63,998 nt of DNA from Catajapyx aquilonaris (GCA_000934665.2 KZ538091.1:1-63998), one strand, 5' to 3'. Shown: positions 13,105 to 28,100, numbered from the stretch's first letter. The notes: generated by a model from the letters alone, not told the origin. Numbers and translations: made by a program.

Positions 13105-14693
13105 AACGAAGGATTTTCATTGCTGACAGTTGCTGACAGTTGCAGACGACCTTTAACATTTCCTTCCGCGAGTACTTGAACTTGAACCTTGCAAGATTTT
13201 TCACCCGTCGAATTCAGATGCTAATTTCAACTCGATAAGTGACTTCTGCAGTAGTTCGGTTTCTTCATCTGCCATCAGTAGCCTTACAACCGAATCCTAG
13301 TTCCACCGGATATATACGATACCTCCAGCTCCCCGAAAGTCCCTGAAAAGTCCCTGTTGAAATATTCATACCTATTACACGAATTGAATTCCTTCTTTCC
13401 TCTTACATCCTGCGAGTGGCATTAGTCCAAAAGGGGAGAGCCCTGCTTCGTTTCAACCTTGCGCTTATGAGAAGCAACGGTCTAATGCTTCTTCTATATA
13501 CGGTCCCATGCCCCACACTTTGGACCTCGCTTCATATGTAAGCCATCATTCTAATAGGATTTGGACGGCTTTTTAGAGGGTCTGCTTTTGGAGGGGGGGG
13601 GGGGGACTAGACACATCGCACCATAAGAGCCTCTTTATAAAACTCCAAAATTTATCATTTAAAAAAAATGTGAATGGCCCACACGTTGTGGCGAGCATGA
13701 TTAATGAGGTAAGTTATTTTAAACAAGAGCGGCCCGAAACAAGGGTTTTATCGGAAAAAGTATTGAGTTAATGAGTAATATCCGGTGGTAATTTAATCAT
13801 CGGTATCAAGTTATAGTTATCCTATTAACTAATTACGACGTTCGAACCAAAATTGAGCAGGAAAGGTTATACAGCATGAGGCAGTCATTCATTCTCAATT
13901 TTAATAATAGACTAAACATCTCCAAATGGCCTTATAATTAATTAATAAATAAAAATATGTAAATAAATACGTATGTCCACCATATAGCGTGTATCATCAC
14001 TTTTGGCTGCATTATTTATTTATTTACGTCGTATTTATTTATAGACCTTTACTTCCAGCTAACTTTGTGGATGGGAAATGTTACATTTTAATGCTCAGTT
14101 ACATTTTATATTAACTTAATAACCTTTTTGCAATTGGACACAGCTGCAACTTGTGCCAACATTTCCGATGCGGTGTGACGCTTTCGGTTTTTATATGCCA
14201 GACTATTGCATTCACCCGGAGCCAAGATCCGGAAAACTGGTTTTAGTAACTGGCGTCTCCGGAAGCCGTGAGCAAATCTAATGTGGACCGACACCGTCGC
14301 ATAGGAATGTAATACTCTCCTTGACTAACCTTCAAGCCATCCGATTTTTTTCTTCTTTTATCCTCCTGCAAAATAAAAAAAGGACCCCCTCCCAAGAAAC
14401 CCCCCAAAAAATGTTACTGTCCATTCGATATCCGACCGTCATCTGTGCGAACGTATAAAAAAAAGTGGGGCTTTATTGGTATAGGGTCACATCTTAATGT
14501 CCGGGATCAAGGAAAGGTTGGAAAAAGGGCACGTGCCCGTTGGGAAACTTGGGATTTGCCGCAAATTCCCCTTCTAATGGACGCACCTGTTGACTTTTTC
14601 TTCTTTTCATCTACCCCATCTCGAGTTTGTCACGTACCGGTACCGCGTGGCGGTCAGGTCATTTTTATGTTAAAGGCGCCATATCTAATCCAC

Positions 14694-14907
14694 TACGATA
14701 CGATACGACACGATGTGATGTAATACGATACGATTCTATGCGTGACGATACGATGTTATACGTGACGATACGATTCTATACGTCACGATACGATTCTATG
14801 CGTCACGATACGATACGATTCTATACGTCACGATACTATGCTATACGTGACGATATGATTCTATACGTCACGATACGATTCTATACGTCACGATGCAATA
14901 CGATACG
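14694..14907. repeat. (TACGA)n-derived minisatellite with a 20-bp higher-order unit cgatacgattctatacgtca
   Basis: Direct inspection of the repeated units. Confidence 0.9.
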
Positions 14908-15043
14908 TTTCCTTTAGAAACGAATTCTGTTGGATATCTTATTTTTCCGGGGTTTCAATTATTTTGATTAATAGAGAAGGAGAGTCACTAGCAGAAACTA
15001 GTAGTCTCCGCTGACTCTGTTCACCTTCTAATTTTCTTTTCAG

Positions 15044-15206
15044 ACGTTCCTCTCTCATCACTCTTTTCAGACGGTCGTGCATCCGCAAGGGCGGTCGCTG
15101 CGACCATCGGCCCAACGACTGTTGCTACAACAGCTCGTGCCGATGCAACCTTTGGGGATCCAACTGTCAATGCCAGCGCATGGGCCTGTTCCAGAAGTGG
15201 GGCTAA
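15044..15206 (+). CDS. ALP: ALP precursor terminal coding exon encoding the mature 8-Cys knottin-type neuropeptide; alternative acceptor at 15071
   Basis: Manual translation: (K)RSSLITLFRRSCIRKGGRCDHRPNDCCYNSSCRCNLWGSNCQCQRMGLFQKWG*. The CCYxSSCRCNLWGxNCxCQRMGLFQKWG signature is typical of arthropod ALP/U8-agatoxin-like peptides. Dibasic cleavage sites and a C-terminal Gly (amidation donor) are present. This frame is not in the supplied ORF track. Confidence 0.95.
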
Positions 15207-16070
15207 GGCTGGCATCAACTGGAGGAAAATATAAGGATAAAAAAAGAACAGACAGACGTGAGGATATTACACAAAAAGGCGATACAAAAGAAGGAAAAAG
15301 GAGGAAAAAATACATGTCGTTTTCATCCACCAAACTTGTCCCCAAGTTATATTTAGTATATTCATTTTTTGTTGTGACCCCCGCCCCTCTCCCCCCATAT
15401 ACCACCCACAAAAAAAAACTTCAAAAAATTATAACTTATATAAAAAGTATATTATAATTATAGCCAAGCAGATATAGACACATGACTCACACGTATATAT
15501 TTCACGTATATGATGTGCTGATGATAATCGTTCCTTTTTATCTATGGGACCTCGTGATTGGCCAGCTACTACTACTACTAGTACTACTACTACTTCCTTA
15601 CTCCAGCCACCGTGACCATCCCAAATGTAAAGGTCAACTGCATAGATCACTCGATCCCATTTTGCGTAGCTGTTATCTGATTGGGGATTCTCCAGCCACA
15701 TCCTTTCAATTAGAGAGCAGCTCGCAACGTTGTGTTTGTATTGTGCGTGCCCAAATGGAAATAAATAGTTTGTTGCAGAAAGCGAACAGATTTACAGATG
15801 TACCCACTGACAACCGATCTGTGATATTTCACCGTCGAGGGACATTTCTATGGGTGAGGCTTTTGTACAGTACCTTTGGATTATTCATTACGTTCAGTGT
15901 CGTTTTAATCCAACCTGTAGTCACGTCTCTCAAATTAAGTGTCAGGACTGCGGTTTCATTTAACTAATGGGTTTAGCTGCACTAAATCTAGCTGAATCTT
16001 GCAGAGTTAAATTACTACATCCCCACCTATCTTTAACATTAAAGCCCTTCGCTGTTTGTGTAAGGCTTAT

Positions 16071-16131
16071 GCGTTCTGCGTCTGCGCAATGGGAGGAGGC
16101 AGCACCTCTGGTGGGTGGGACGAGGAACTAT
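16071..16131 (+). repeat. Dispersed repeat, copy B (3' part only)
   Basis: tgcgcaatggg...cagcacctctggtgggtgggacgaggaactat, shared with copy C. Confidence 0.75.
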
Positions 16132-19100
16132 TAATTTGCTCGTTAAATAACTTATTTAAAATTACTCTTGGTTCAATGACAGATGCTTGAATTGAGCCTT
16201 TATTAAGTTCACACTGTAAGGGTTTATAAATTCAATTTTCACTCCCAATTTTTTGTAGTGTGCAGAACGGATAAAATCATATGACCCTGCAGCTTTTTTG
16301 GGGGGAAGTGGTTGCTCACTTGTGAAGGTGATAAGAGCCGGATGATGCCAACCGGCTCAAAAAAGGGGGATTTTGTGGACTGTAATACTGTGAAGCTGAT
16401 CAGTCATGTTTATTCTGGCCCCCTGCTAAGTCCAGATTAGTGGAGAGTGGTCAGTGACACCTCCAGATCTGCGTTGGTTGATTTGATTTTTTGCAGGTTA
16501 TGACAAAGCCAGGTCAACCTACAGTACATGCCCCGGCTTATCCTCGGTACATCCCCAGTGAAAGCCGCTCACTCGTAAGTGCCATCTGTACTTCCCTTGA
16601 GGCCACTTGAAAGTGGTTCCAACCCTCATACTCTTAATAGGCTTGGGCTAAATCCACGCAAAAGTGTAGACTACTGCATATAATTCAAATAATTAGGCAA
16701 AGCTGAATTTACTGCATTCACTTACATTAGTTGTTAGGGAAGTGATTCGCATATTGGTTGGATACACCAGCATATAGCCTGTACTTTCGTTCATATTCTT
16801 TTCTGGAAACTGACGCCTAAAGAAAGCGATCGATATATTGATCCGTTGCCACAAGGCTAATTAGGCATATTTATGCTACTATAGCGAGGAAAAAAAAGAA
16901 GAGTTGAGCACCATCCACTGTGTATTAGCACCATCATGGCAGGGATATCGGAGACGATGGGGTGTGGATGACGACGTTGTCTTGCAATATTCCGCTTCGT
17001 GCGAAAATTTATAGGGCGAACTATCAAGAAACGCCAATCAGGTGTCGGGGCCTTGGAGTAAGAAAACCAAGCAGTCAACACACTTTTCCTATATACCTCC
17101 TCATCTCAACCACACCTCGTTTGCCTGGGATATTGTGCTTTTCAAAGCACGGAGCCAAAACCAGTTAGGTGGAAACTAGCGTAAGAAATATCAAGCACTA
17201 TTATACCGTGGCAGAAGGAGATTTCCCACAGGCATATACGGGTTGTGCAAAGTTCCTTCTAAGACGAAATGTTGACAATTTCTCTTTCAGTAAGATGACA
17301 AGCGTGTGCTAATATTTTAATTTGCATCGATGTAATTTAGAAATTGCTAAAATTCTCACTGATGATGGGTTAGCAAACTGCAGCAGCCACTATTGTTTGC
17401 AGATGCATTTATTTAAAGCTACGTGATGTAGGTCATACGTCATAAATAATAAAGCAGCAATTATTAATCCCACGTCATGCTTCTCTGCACAATGTAAATA
17501 ATTCTTGAGTTAGTAATTATAACATAGCATAATTATGTGAAATTCCATGAGTTATTTTAGTGTATCAATTTGTGCTCCATTTATCATTTGCGATATATTT
17601 ATTTCCTAATTATGCATTTACTTTTCATCTGACTTAACTGTCAAAATCACGGTGCTTTAGAGACACGAAAGTTGAATAATTAATCTGGATGGTTGTAACA
17701 GAAGATTATTTTGAATGACCACAAATTGGCTTCTTTTACTTTCTTTCAAACATCCGAAGATTATATTAAATAATGCTGCCTATATTCTGATCAAAATGTG
17801 TTCGTTTTGCATTTTAGTTCTCTTCAAATGAATATTGCCCTGATTGATGTAAATAGAGCAATGACATAAACAGTCCTTCTCACCTCATCTTGGACTTCTG
17901 TCATATACAGTGCACCATATCCTGCATGAATATTAACCAAGTAGAGCCAGCTGCAAATCTTCACTAGGAGTCGCATTTCCCCCGCTATGGACTCCTCGGA
18001 TCCACATTTCACGAAATAGGTATCAGAGGCTTATGCATTCCAAGTAGACTCTGCCAAGTGCTACGTGTTCCATTAACGCCTAGGTTTGCTGTTGACCTTA
18101 TAACGTTCCTTACACCTTCCGAAGCTCATAGCACGTTTCAGTATAACGCCTGAAATTTATGTCACATGCAATGCAGACGAGACGTGTTGGATGCATACTA
18201 GCCAGGATAACAGTCACGGTTCTGTATACAAAATGGTTAACACAATTAGAGCACATTGAATGAAAAGGTAGCCACATTTTGTATTACAAAGAAAAACCTG
18301 TTTTCCTAACTTCCAGGAAATGTCAAGGGTTCACAGTATTCCCAGCAGAGTTCTTTGTTCCAGAGGCTGCTAAATCCTAACTGCTTCTAGACAGAAGAAC
18401 TCAGGTTCTTTCGTGTGGCCATGTCAAATTACACGTCTGTGATGTAAGTCTCCTTTTTATCTGAAACCTGGTCCACATCCGACCACTCGTACTTGGAGTG
18501 CTCTGTTGACCGCTGGTTTTTTGTTTGCACTGACGCGAGGTCAACGCAAGGACTATTTACGTAACTTTTTTTTTGAAATAGAAGCTTTTGATATTGGTTT
18601 ACTTCTTGGAAAGCGACGTATTTTCTTTCCTTTTGTTATACGCTTCCTGGTGCTCCATGCAGCAACACTACAGCAACAAGATGGAAAATTCTAAAAATAA
18701 TATTAGCTTTAGAGGACCAAGCTGCTCTGTAGACATTTTGTGCTCAATAAGTTTTTATTATGATATCTGGTTCCGAATGTAATTTTGTATAAATATTTTT
18801 GTATCTACTGCTATTTGCAACTCCTTTGCATGACATCTTGATTTTGTGAGCTCGGACGTTGAAAAAACATGCTGCTAACTTCTAGTTTTAAAGATGGCTT
18901 GCAATAAAAATGTCAGTGTGAACTGGCCTTAAATGCGCCATGCAATATAATTTCAATGTCATAATTCATGCATGCATGCTCTGTACAAATATCGGCAGTG
19001 CGCTTCACCCGCACTCTTGTCAGCTCTCATTACGTATCACACTGTGATGAAAAAAAAAAGATTTAATTACATATGAAAAACCCACACCCATGCCATTTCC

Positions 19101-22100
19101 AACTTTTGGCAAATAAACAACAAAAAAGCTAGTGTTTCCTCTCTGTGTTTGACCTACCCAACAACTCTCGCAGCACAAAAATAGAGCATCTATAGTAGTC
19201 AGCTCCGAGCAAACAACTAAAGCACGATAATGAATTACGACGTGCTCTTCGACATCCCCCTTCCAAAGTGAAAATCTTACGTCCCCCAGAATATGACGTG
19301 CCATAAACCCAGCGTGGGTGTCAGTAAGTTCTCGTAAAACCGGGGCGGAGATGAAGCCCCCACAATCTGCAGAAACCTGGAAGAGAGAGAGAAGCTGAGG
19401 GCATTGAACCCACTTTATAGATCATAGAAACTCAAAACCTGGGAAGGAAAATCTTTCAACATATTTTTACGACCATTTGGACAGGTGGACACGGGTAAGG
19501 AAATTGCATTCATAAAAACCGTTTGCAAAAAAAAATATTCGCATATTTCATAATCATAGCTCCTTAGCACTTCATTGAGTGGTACTTATTGCGACATGAC
19601 GCAATCAAAATGCGAAAATGTTCTCATTAGGTGGGCTAGATGATGAAATCCATTACGACACCTGATAATACGACCTCGCTCGAGGTAATTCATCTGAGCA
19701 TGAAAAGAGTCCATAAATAGCATTTTGTCGATAGTTAATGTGAAAGGAAAGGAGCACGTATTTAATTTCCAGCTTCCGGTATTACGTCACTAAGCTCGAC
19801 TAGTTACACTTCGAAAAAACTGGGTGGACTTCACTCAGTAATTTATTTATCGCACGTCGACAGCAATTTCCGCCTCGTTCTATGCTGTAATCAACTTAGA
19901 CAACGTGTCCCAAAAAATTGGAATTATCACTCTTCAATGACATGCTGGGAATGTTGACAATGCAAAGTGCAAGATATGAATTTGCAAAGTTGGACGCCAA
20001 TAGGAGTCGAATTTTCATTCACAAACACCGTCCTTTGCATAATAGTAATTATGTTTCGCGTCGGTAATGGGATGAAGTATTCTGCCAGACTAATTAACTA
20101 GTTTAGCTTGTAATGGAGTTTACTCGGCGTACAATGAACTTAAAGAACGCCAGAAGAAAACAGATAATTGCGCCATAGTGTCTGACTGGCCACCTGCGCC
20201 ATTTAAAGTACTGTCCTGATTACTAGTACTGGCTGTACTGTACGGACTTGAAATAGTTCATTTGACGCAAATTCACTTGAAAGCGGGTCCAGCAGTCAAA
20301 CGAGATAAACTCCCACGCCATTTTATTCGGAAAACCGCGGAACCCGACTATACGTGACAACATTTCATCTCCCTTGACGAACATGCCGTTTGATCCAACT
20401 TTGCATAACTTTGCTCATACAGTACAGTACTGTGCACATTGTGAGCGTTGAACTTGCAAATTTTTTTGCGCTGTATTGTAAAGTGCGTCGAACTTTTATG
20501 TGCAGTCTGCAATTTTTAAAACAGGTCCCATTGCAGAAGTTAAACAACGTAGCCCTTGACCCTGACGACATTGGAATTTTCGAAAGACAAACCGCATCAA
20601 TATTCAGAGCCGCGTGACCTAAACGAAGGTCACTTCCTACTTCCTGCTAAAATTTCGCAAACTTCCAACCAGTGCTTACGAATCCTGTGGAGAATCTGGA
20701 CTAGGAAGCCCTGCTAATGCTTTTTTGTTTCCGCCTGCCACGTATATATATATCTCTCTTTGTCCACTCGGAATACAAAGCACCCAACCAGTCCTGTGCG
20801 ACGTCAGTACGATGCACATTCCATTAATCAAGAAGCTCTGGGTGCCACTACCGGAAAATTAATGTCAAGGAAAGGGCCGGTAATACAGGCCCGGAAGGTA
20901 GAGGGTGTGGCATCAGGACACATTCAAGTCACAAATAACAGGCTGGACCCCTGGTTTCTAATTAAACCTTTGTGTCCATACCGGCAGCTGAAACGAGCAG
21001 GTCAAAAAGACATGACCTCAACTATGCGGATGGGGCCTAAAAATGTTGGGAGATTCCATTCAGACGTGTATTACGGTTAGGCTGGAACTAAAGGAGAACT
21101 ATGCAGCTTATTGGCATGACTGGAACAGGCCATGTTTGCCTTTAATGTTACGCAAGTTCGACAGAAGTGCGGTACTGTACAGTACAAAAGGCTTATTGTT
21201 TCAGTGTAAGGTCAGAAGTACAGGGTGGTGCACTGCTCAACTCCCTTGAAGTGCAGGAAAACTAATTGAAAAAAAAATAGTAAACTAAAAAAAATTACTA
21301 GCTACTCTTTAATATATACGAAGGTGTTTGATGAAAAATATAATGTTGCCACCTGTTCGCGTTTCCTATCTGCAAATCCTATAAGCAGACTATCGCGCGA
21401 ATGCTGCAGTTGTAGCCTTCGGCATGGATTCGATTGATGAACTTTTGTGCATTAAATTCTGGGTGAAGCCTGGCTCTTCTGTACTATAATACTTAGCCAG
21501 AGGCGGAGACTGTAATATGGCTACAGATAGGCGTCCCTTGAGGTGATAATCACGTAACTTATCCCTTGTTCGGCGTTGGCATTATTGCCCTGGAAAGTTC
21601 ACTGGTTTTTGCGATTGGTGTGAGCAGCCATTTCGTTCCGGCTGTGAACGAGTTGGAAGGGGAAAAAAAGTATGATTGTGTGCTACATGGTTGTCTAAAA
21701 AGGCTGAACATATAGACGGTAGTTTTCTCTGCAAAATGGAGGTATCACATGTCCTGAGAAGATCTCGTGAAATTCGAGAGAGAAAAAAAAACCATCTAGC
21801 TCAAGGCCGTATAAGATGGGTCTCAACGGTAAGATGCTGTTTCATTGTTAGTAGAAAAAAAACTATATGTTGACTTCGCGATAGTGTCACCAGTATCGGA
21901 AGTTGCGAAAAATTATTATCAGGGAGAAATAGGCGCAATTCCCGTTTCCAATTTCTGCCAGAAATATGGATGGCCAGTTCCATCGGGTTCTATAAATTGA
22001 TAGAAATATTAGAAATAATTGAATTGCAGCACCATTGAACTAATTAAGAAGAGGCCATTCTTGACACATAGTTAGCAATGTACCGTAATAACTAATAAGT

Positions 22101-25100
22101 AAATGACATTTGAAATTGTGGCATTTTAAAAGTCAGAGATCCCAAATGGACACTTTTATTGCAACACATGCATGGTTCTTGACAGATTGTGACACTAGGA
22201 CGCAGTACTTGTCGCTGCCGTGACAGTTCCATCGAGACCAGGACGGAATTAGCAAAATGTAAAGCGACATTTTCATAAAACACATTAAAATTGCATTTCT
22301 CTGAGGTCGGGGAGGCACTTTAGAGCCAAAAGCGGGTTACCGCATTAAAGTGTCATAAATTCAACTGGATGTGGACACTGGCTACTTCTCCAGAGTGGAC
22401 AGAACTGAAATAAATACCAAGTGGACAATCTATAGCTACATTTCTCAAGAGGCAGACTGTAACTATGCATAGACTACTTTGATATCACCTTACATTGCAT
22501 GCATACCACATGACTTATGTTATTGCAACAGGTGCATCCCACTGTTGCGTCCAGAATAATAAATAGGCCTATCGCAACTTCATAGTGGTCAGTTCTGCAT
22601 CGTCAAGCTTATGGCAACATGATGCTCCTTTTGGTTTATATAGGTAAAGGTTAACTTTGGCAGGAGTTTCCTGGCAAGTTTGCAAATTAGCACGTACAGT
22701 ATTTGATCCCTTCACGTGTGGTCTACCAACTGACCGCGCTATTATTGGCTCAAACTTGGGTCAATATCCGTGAAGGTGAACTTGTAAGCCGTTATTGGTC
22801 TGGACGTCTTCAGGAATAATAATTGACTGTGCGGTCACTTCAAAGATTGCACCTGGGAAATACTGAATCTATAAGAAAAATAGTGGTGGTAATATTCCTA
22901 CCGCGTTGTCGTCATCAACTTGAATGTGAGAATTTAGGAAAAGTCCATTGTTATACGTGACCCGGAGGAATCTCTCAAGACGTGTGTCACACTCCGAATG
23001 AGACTGTTTTTGCCAAACGTGCCCTGTTGGAAAGAAGATAGTTTTGTCATGAAACTGAATACCAAAAATAACCGTGGGCGTTAGGCATACAATATTCTAT
23101 GTACGCAGAGTTAATTACTTGGTTAGGCCATGGATTGCACGTTAATGTTGACATTCGAAACGTTGGCCACCAGTTGTGTTTGAAATACTCTCAAGTCAAT
23201 AACTCGGAACATGATTGTGCAGATATTAAATTACTGGCGCTCCATTAAGAATGGAACATCACTCGCGTCTGACGTCATTTGCAATGCGGGCTGCAAGGGA
23301 AAAATTATTAAATTAAAATCTGCATTTTCAAACAATTCTGGAAATGCATGGAATTAGTCAATACCAATATTTTACTGCACAGAATTTGCAGTTATTAGTT
23401 TTTCAAGTTATTTTGTTTGCGTCACCGAGGAATTTGAATGATTATGTTCAATCTGGCCATATTTCAACAGCTACTTTTATGTGTTAAAAATAGCTTCTGA
23501 AATTATGATTTAGTTCATATAAATTGCAGCCGCTTTTTGGCACCATACCAAAGGATCTTTAAAGCATCCTTTGAGTATAATCCCGCAGACTTGGGCTGAG
23601 GACTTTCGAAGTGTGAAAGAGACTATGTTTACACCAAGTCTCAACCGTGCAGCTGGTGGTTCCAGATAAAGCGACTAATAACTCTGCCTCATCCTCCACA
23701 GTTACTAACATGACACTATCCAAATCATTTTAATGACTGATGGCGTGCTCTGTCTTTAGACTCACATTTGTCAAAAGCCTCTTTAGTTACGAGCTATAGG
23801 AGAAGAAGTAAAAAATCTTTCCTCCCACCTTCTTTCCTTTGCCTTGGTGACATAATATGAGGAAGTGGGAGGAACTTGGCTTTATTATCAGCAAACGCGA
23901 TTTAGCCTCAGGGTTTTTTCTCAGAAAGAGGAAATAAAAGGAGGGGGCGAAGAAGATAAGGAAAATATTAATCTGGAGTCTGGGACTGCAAGGGACGTGT
24001 TATCAACGGATGAGTTAGCTTATAGGTTCTGCCATCTTTTCTGTTCTGCCAGCTTCTTCTGTCTTGAGGGTTCCGGATGTCTCCTTCCTTTTTTTCCCCC
24101 CTTGGACTTTTTTTTTACTTCCTAGGTTTTTACAACTTCCTTTCAACTGCCGGCGGAAAAAAAGTTATTGTGGATTTCCCTTGACTTTGCCAACGTCAAA
24201 TGTCATTTATAACTTGGAAAAATCGGATTTTCTAAGCTCTTTTGTGGGGTGGAGGAAGATGGTCGTAATTGGCTCGTTTTTCTGTCTGTCTGACCTTCTA
24301 TAGGGCGAGGGAAGTGTTAATTTCATTTAAGAATTTGATGTCAGGCTTTAAGCTGAGATGCTCACTTCTCATCATAAAGTGTGGAGTGGGAAGCAATTTT
24401 TTTCCACTTTCCTTAAAGTGGACCTAATATTTTTCAGAAAACAACATAGGTATTTGTCAAAAGAAAATTTTGGACATTACTACCGATACTGATAGATATG
24501 TTTACGATCGTTTAATGTGTTGTAACGGTGCATTTAACTTTATTAATTGCATTTTACGCTAATAATTAATATCAAAAGCAATGTCATCTTCAATTAGAGC
24601 AAACGGGCCTTTCATCTCCAGGGTAGTGAATGTCATTGCAGCATATTTTGGTCATTAACAAGTGACATCTCATTAATATGTTGAAACAAGTTTGAAACAG
24701 TGACTGCATGGTATATTTTTGACCTAATTCGGTTATTGGGTTTACAGACGGTGTTAAATTTTGTCGTCAATGTGGAGAAGGCCACTTCATTTTTGAGACT
24801 TGCAGAATAAAAAAATAAAGCCGACTCTAACCTCTTTATGCAAATTTGGACGAAATTGAGTTCACACTGCCTTAGTTAGCTCTCCGGTAGGGTTTCATAA
24901 AAGAAATCACATTAAGGACGCCCTCTCCTATGAAGGCACTTTTTTCATATAGAAAATATCGCGATGAAACTGTAAATTTCAGAGTTAGCATCAGAATGAC
25001 TCAGACTTGAAGGCTCTGAAAAGTAGCTCAAGTAGTCGAGGACATTTCACTCTAATTAAAACTCATCTCAAAATTTTGTGCTTTACTCCAATATCATGAC

Positions 25101-28100
25101 TGTATGTGCAAAATGTCTGACAAAAAATTTCCACGAATAGAAACTTAATAAAATGTGCGACTTCATATAATCCAATAAATGTGGGCTGCCATAGGAATTT
25201 GCAATAATATTGCATTCAAAATCCTGGAATCTGCTCGAAGCTCGTTATTTCCAGCAATTTCGTGGTGCCGATTCGAGCAGAAAATATAATTTCATGACAT
25301 ATCTGGGTGAACATATGCCCCCTAAAGCTTATTGAGTTACGAGGTGTTGATCCAGGCTTATTGCTCACGACCTAGATATCAGTAACAGGTACGTGACTTG
25401 AAGCACATGTAACTGTAGCAGTTTTTTTTCTTCTTCTTCTCGACGTCTAGGCGATTAGGAAATGGATTTCTGTAGAAGCCCGCCTTGCCAAAAGGCTTTT
25501 CGGTTTGTTCCGATGAAAAGGGGTTTCCTATTTTGAGAGTGAGCCAAATTCTCATCTGCCAAATGAGGTGTGGAAAGGAGCATATACGTACAGATTTCTT
25601 TAAAACCGTGCCAAAATATATGCTTCTAGGAACGGCACTCTATGAGACTAGCAATGTCTAAAAGTGTAACAAATTACCATTGGAAAATATGATTGGCATC
25701 TTGGTACCGACCTTTGCCGCAACCTCGTCCAATTTATATAAGCATTTGAATGCTGGAGCATGGCTGGAAGGTGTTCCCCTTGACGTGACATTGTCAAGTG
25801 AACCTCTATTCACTGAGGATTGAATATGACATCGTGAACGGTCGGCTGAATATGTTCTCGCCAAATGCACAAGGCGATAATATCGCGCAAGCCGCCCTTT
25901 GTCTCGGAACCTTGAACTTATTCGAATAACTTCATTTATAGCGTCGTTGCTCGTATATAATGGCCAGTGGTTCGTGGATATGACAGGAGCCAAAAATATT
26001 GTTGATAAGTTCAATTGGTTGCTGAAGTTGGCAGGAGAAAATATCATACATATTGCATGAAATTTGCATGCCACCTTTAATGCGAATTATTGTATGTGCA
26101 TCACACATTTTGCCTGTGGGATTTACTTCGTTATTTGCTTGGGATTCGGAAACGTGACTACGGCGGTGGTCCAATTATCGACAGTGAAGCTTTGCATCTG
26201 CTTAGGACAATAATTACCCTTCCGTCTCACCTTTCCTCCTAATTACTTACAGTACACTGCGTATAGCTGGAGTTTCGGTGCTCCGGTCAGGAAACGGCCT
26301 ACTTAAATTTCATGGATGTAACGTCAAAGTCAAACCCAAATGGAATTACTTGGCTGAGACTTACCGAGTCATGTCATAACGCTGTCATAAACATGTGCAG
26401 AACATATAGTGTCCTTGAAATGTGTATTATTTTTATGACATTTCTGTTGTTCCTTGTACAACATTTATGCCACGAATGACCTTTACTTCCCGTACAGTAC
26501 ATGTTCCATTTATTCAGGAAAAAAAAATCAATTTCTTCTTTGAAACACTGCGACAATAATTTTGGTCCCGCAGAGAATATTTTTTTTTGGTTGTCACAAC
26601 CAGGGATTTTCCCTAGTTGCATTTTGTCAGAAGGGAAGTGCACCCACAAAATTACACAGTACGTTCCCCCTGTACCATTTTATAACCTGGGTACAGTTGG
26701 GAAATGAAGCGTTCTAGTGCATCGCTGCGGACGGCATGAAAACGTCACGGTTTTCCAAACATTACGATCTGACCAAAAACATGCCCCGGAGCATAATTGA
26801 GTTACGCTAATGTTACGTGGATGAAACAATCACGAAGCTCGTAAAGTCTTCAATTATTGCGCCCGTAAACTGATCTCACATTGTTGTGTTTTTTTTGCAC
26901 CACTGCTAAATTCCGAGCTTGGTAATCAATCATGAATAAAGCCTCATCATGATTTTATGACCATTAAGCTATTACGTTTGTCCCCAATTGCGTGTAATTT
27001 CACATATCAGCTGCTTTTTAATGAGTTATTTTTTTACAGAACAGCTTATTATGAAAATGTGATTACGAGCCGCTTATTTTTTTTTCTTTTCAAGTCTATT
27101 AATGCAGTCAAAACACAAAAGGTCTTTGGCCTTTAAATACACTTTCAATATGCAGTGAGTGAACCCAGTGAATAGAATGTAGATTTGCCGCCCACTGTGC
27201 GTAGGCTTGCACGTACTATGTGTGTAGTACAAAGTACTTGCGTCAGAGAAAGGTCACTGGCCCAATAATGTTGGGCTTCATCGCAGGATATCATATGACA
27301 ATGCCTTCAAAGCGATCAAAAACACTAGGAAGCCTATAGACTGAAAATTCAACTCTTGTAAGAGCTCGCATTAAAGTCTGACTTGAATTTAATTTTATGA
27401 AAGAAATGCACCCACAGGATGAAATTCACGAGATAGAGGCTTAACGGTTCCTATAAAAAATATATGGCCATATTGTGACCAGGCATACGTTATTGCTGGT
27501 GTGCAAAAATCCGCTTTGAAAATCTGGCTCACACTAAGTTATTCCGCTTGCTTTAAGCGATCGAAGCTGTTTAAATCACGTTTCACACTCAACGAATATC
27601 AGTAACGATCTTGTCCACTATGCCGTCAAAAGGTTTTCCGCCAGCCATGGATTTATTTCAAATATTATGCTTGTGCTCACTTACATTTCATTTCAAGGAC
27701 GGCACTTTTTATATTCGAGCTTCAAGTTTATTGCTCGTGCACCGCCCATACCCCCAAATAATTGGCAGTGAAAAAAAAAAACCCGAATTTTTTCCTGGTT
27801 TCACTGCACTTTCGGGATCATTCCAACGTTCATGGTGCAACCTGAATAGTCCTGGATTTTTCTCTCTTTTTTATACTGCTGGCCAGCAGTGGTGAGCGGT
27901 TATTATCCTTGGAGCCAATTTCGTATTGTTGCATATATTCCTAGTGAACAGCCGCGTGCTTTTCCGTGCCATTTGACCCGAATCAAGCTGCCTCGCAATT
28001 CTAGAGCAATATACGTGTTACACTATGGGGTCGAGACCTTGGTGTGCAGCCACAGCCAGCTGGCATTTGGTATGTACCGGGTGTGTCATAATTATTTACA

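Noticed and set aside
15021..15411. Minus-strand Cys-rich ORF (…PCAGIDSWIPKGCIGTSCC…PCGC) and Ala-rich ORF resembling a toxin or metallothionein
   Set aside because: Antisense shadows of the + strand ALP exon, which matches a known family
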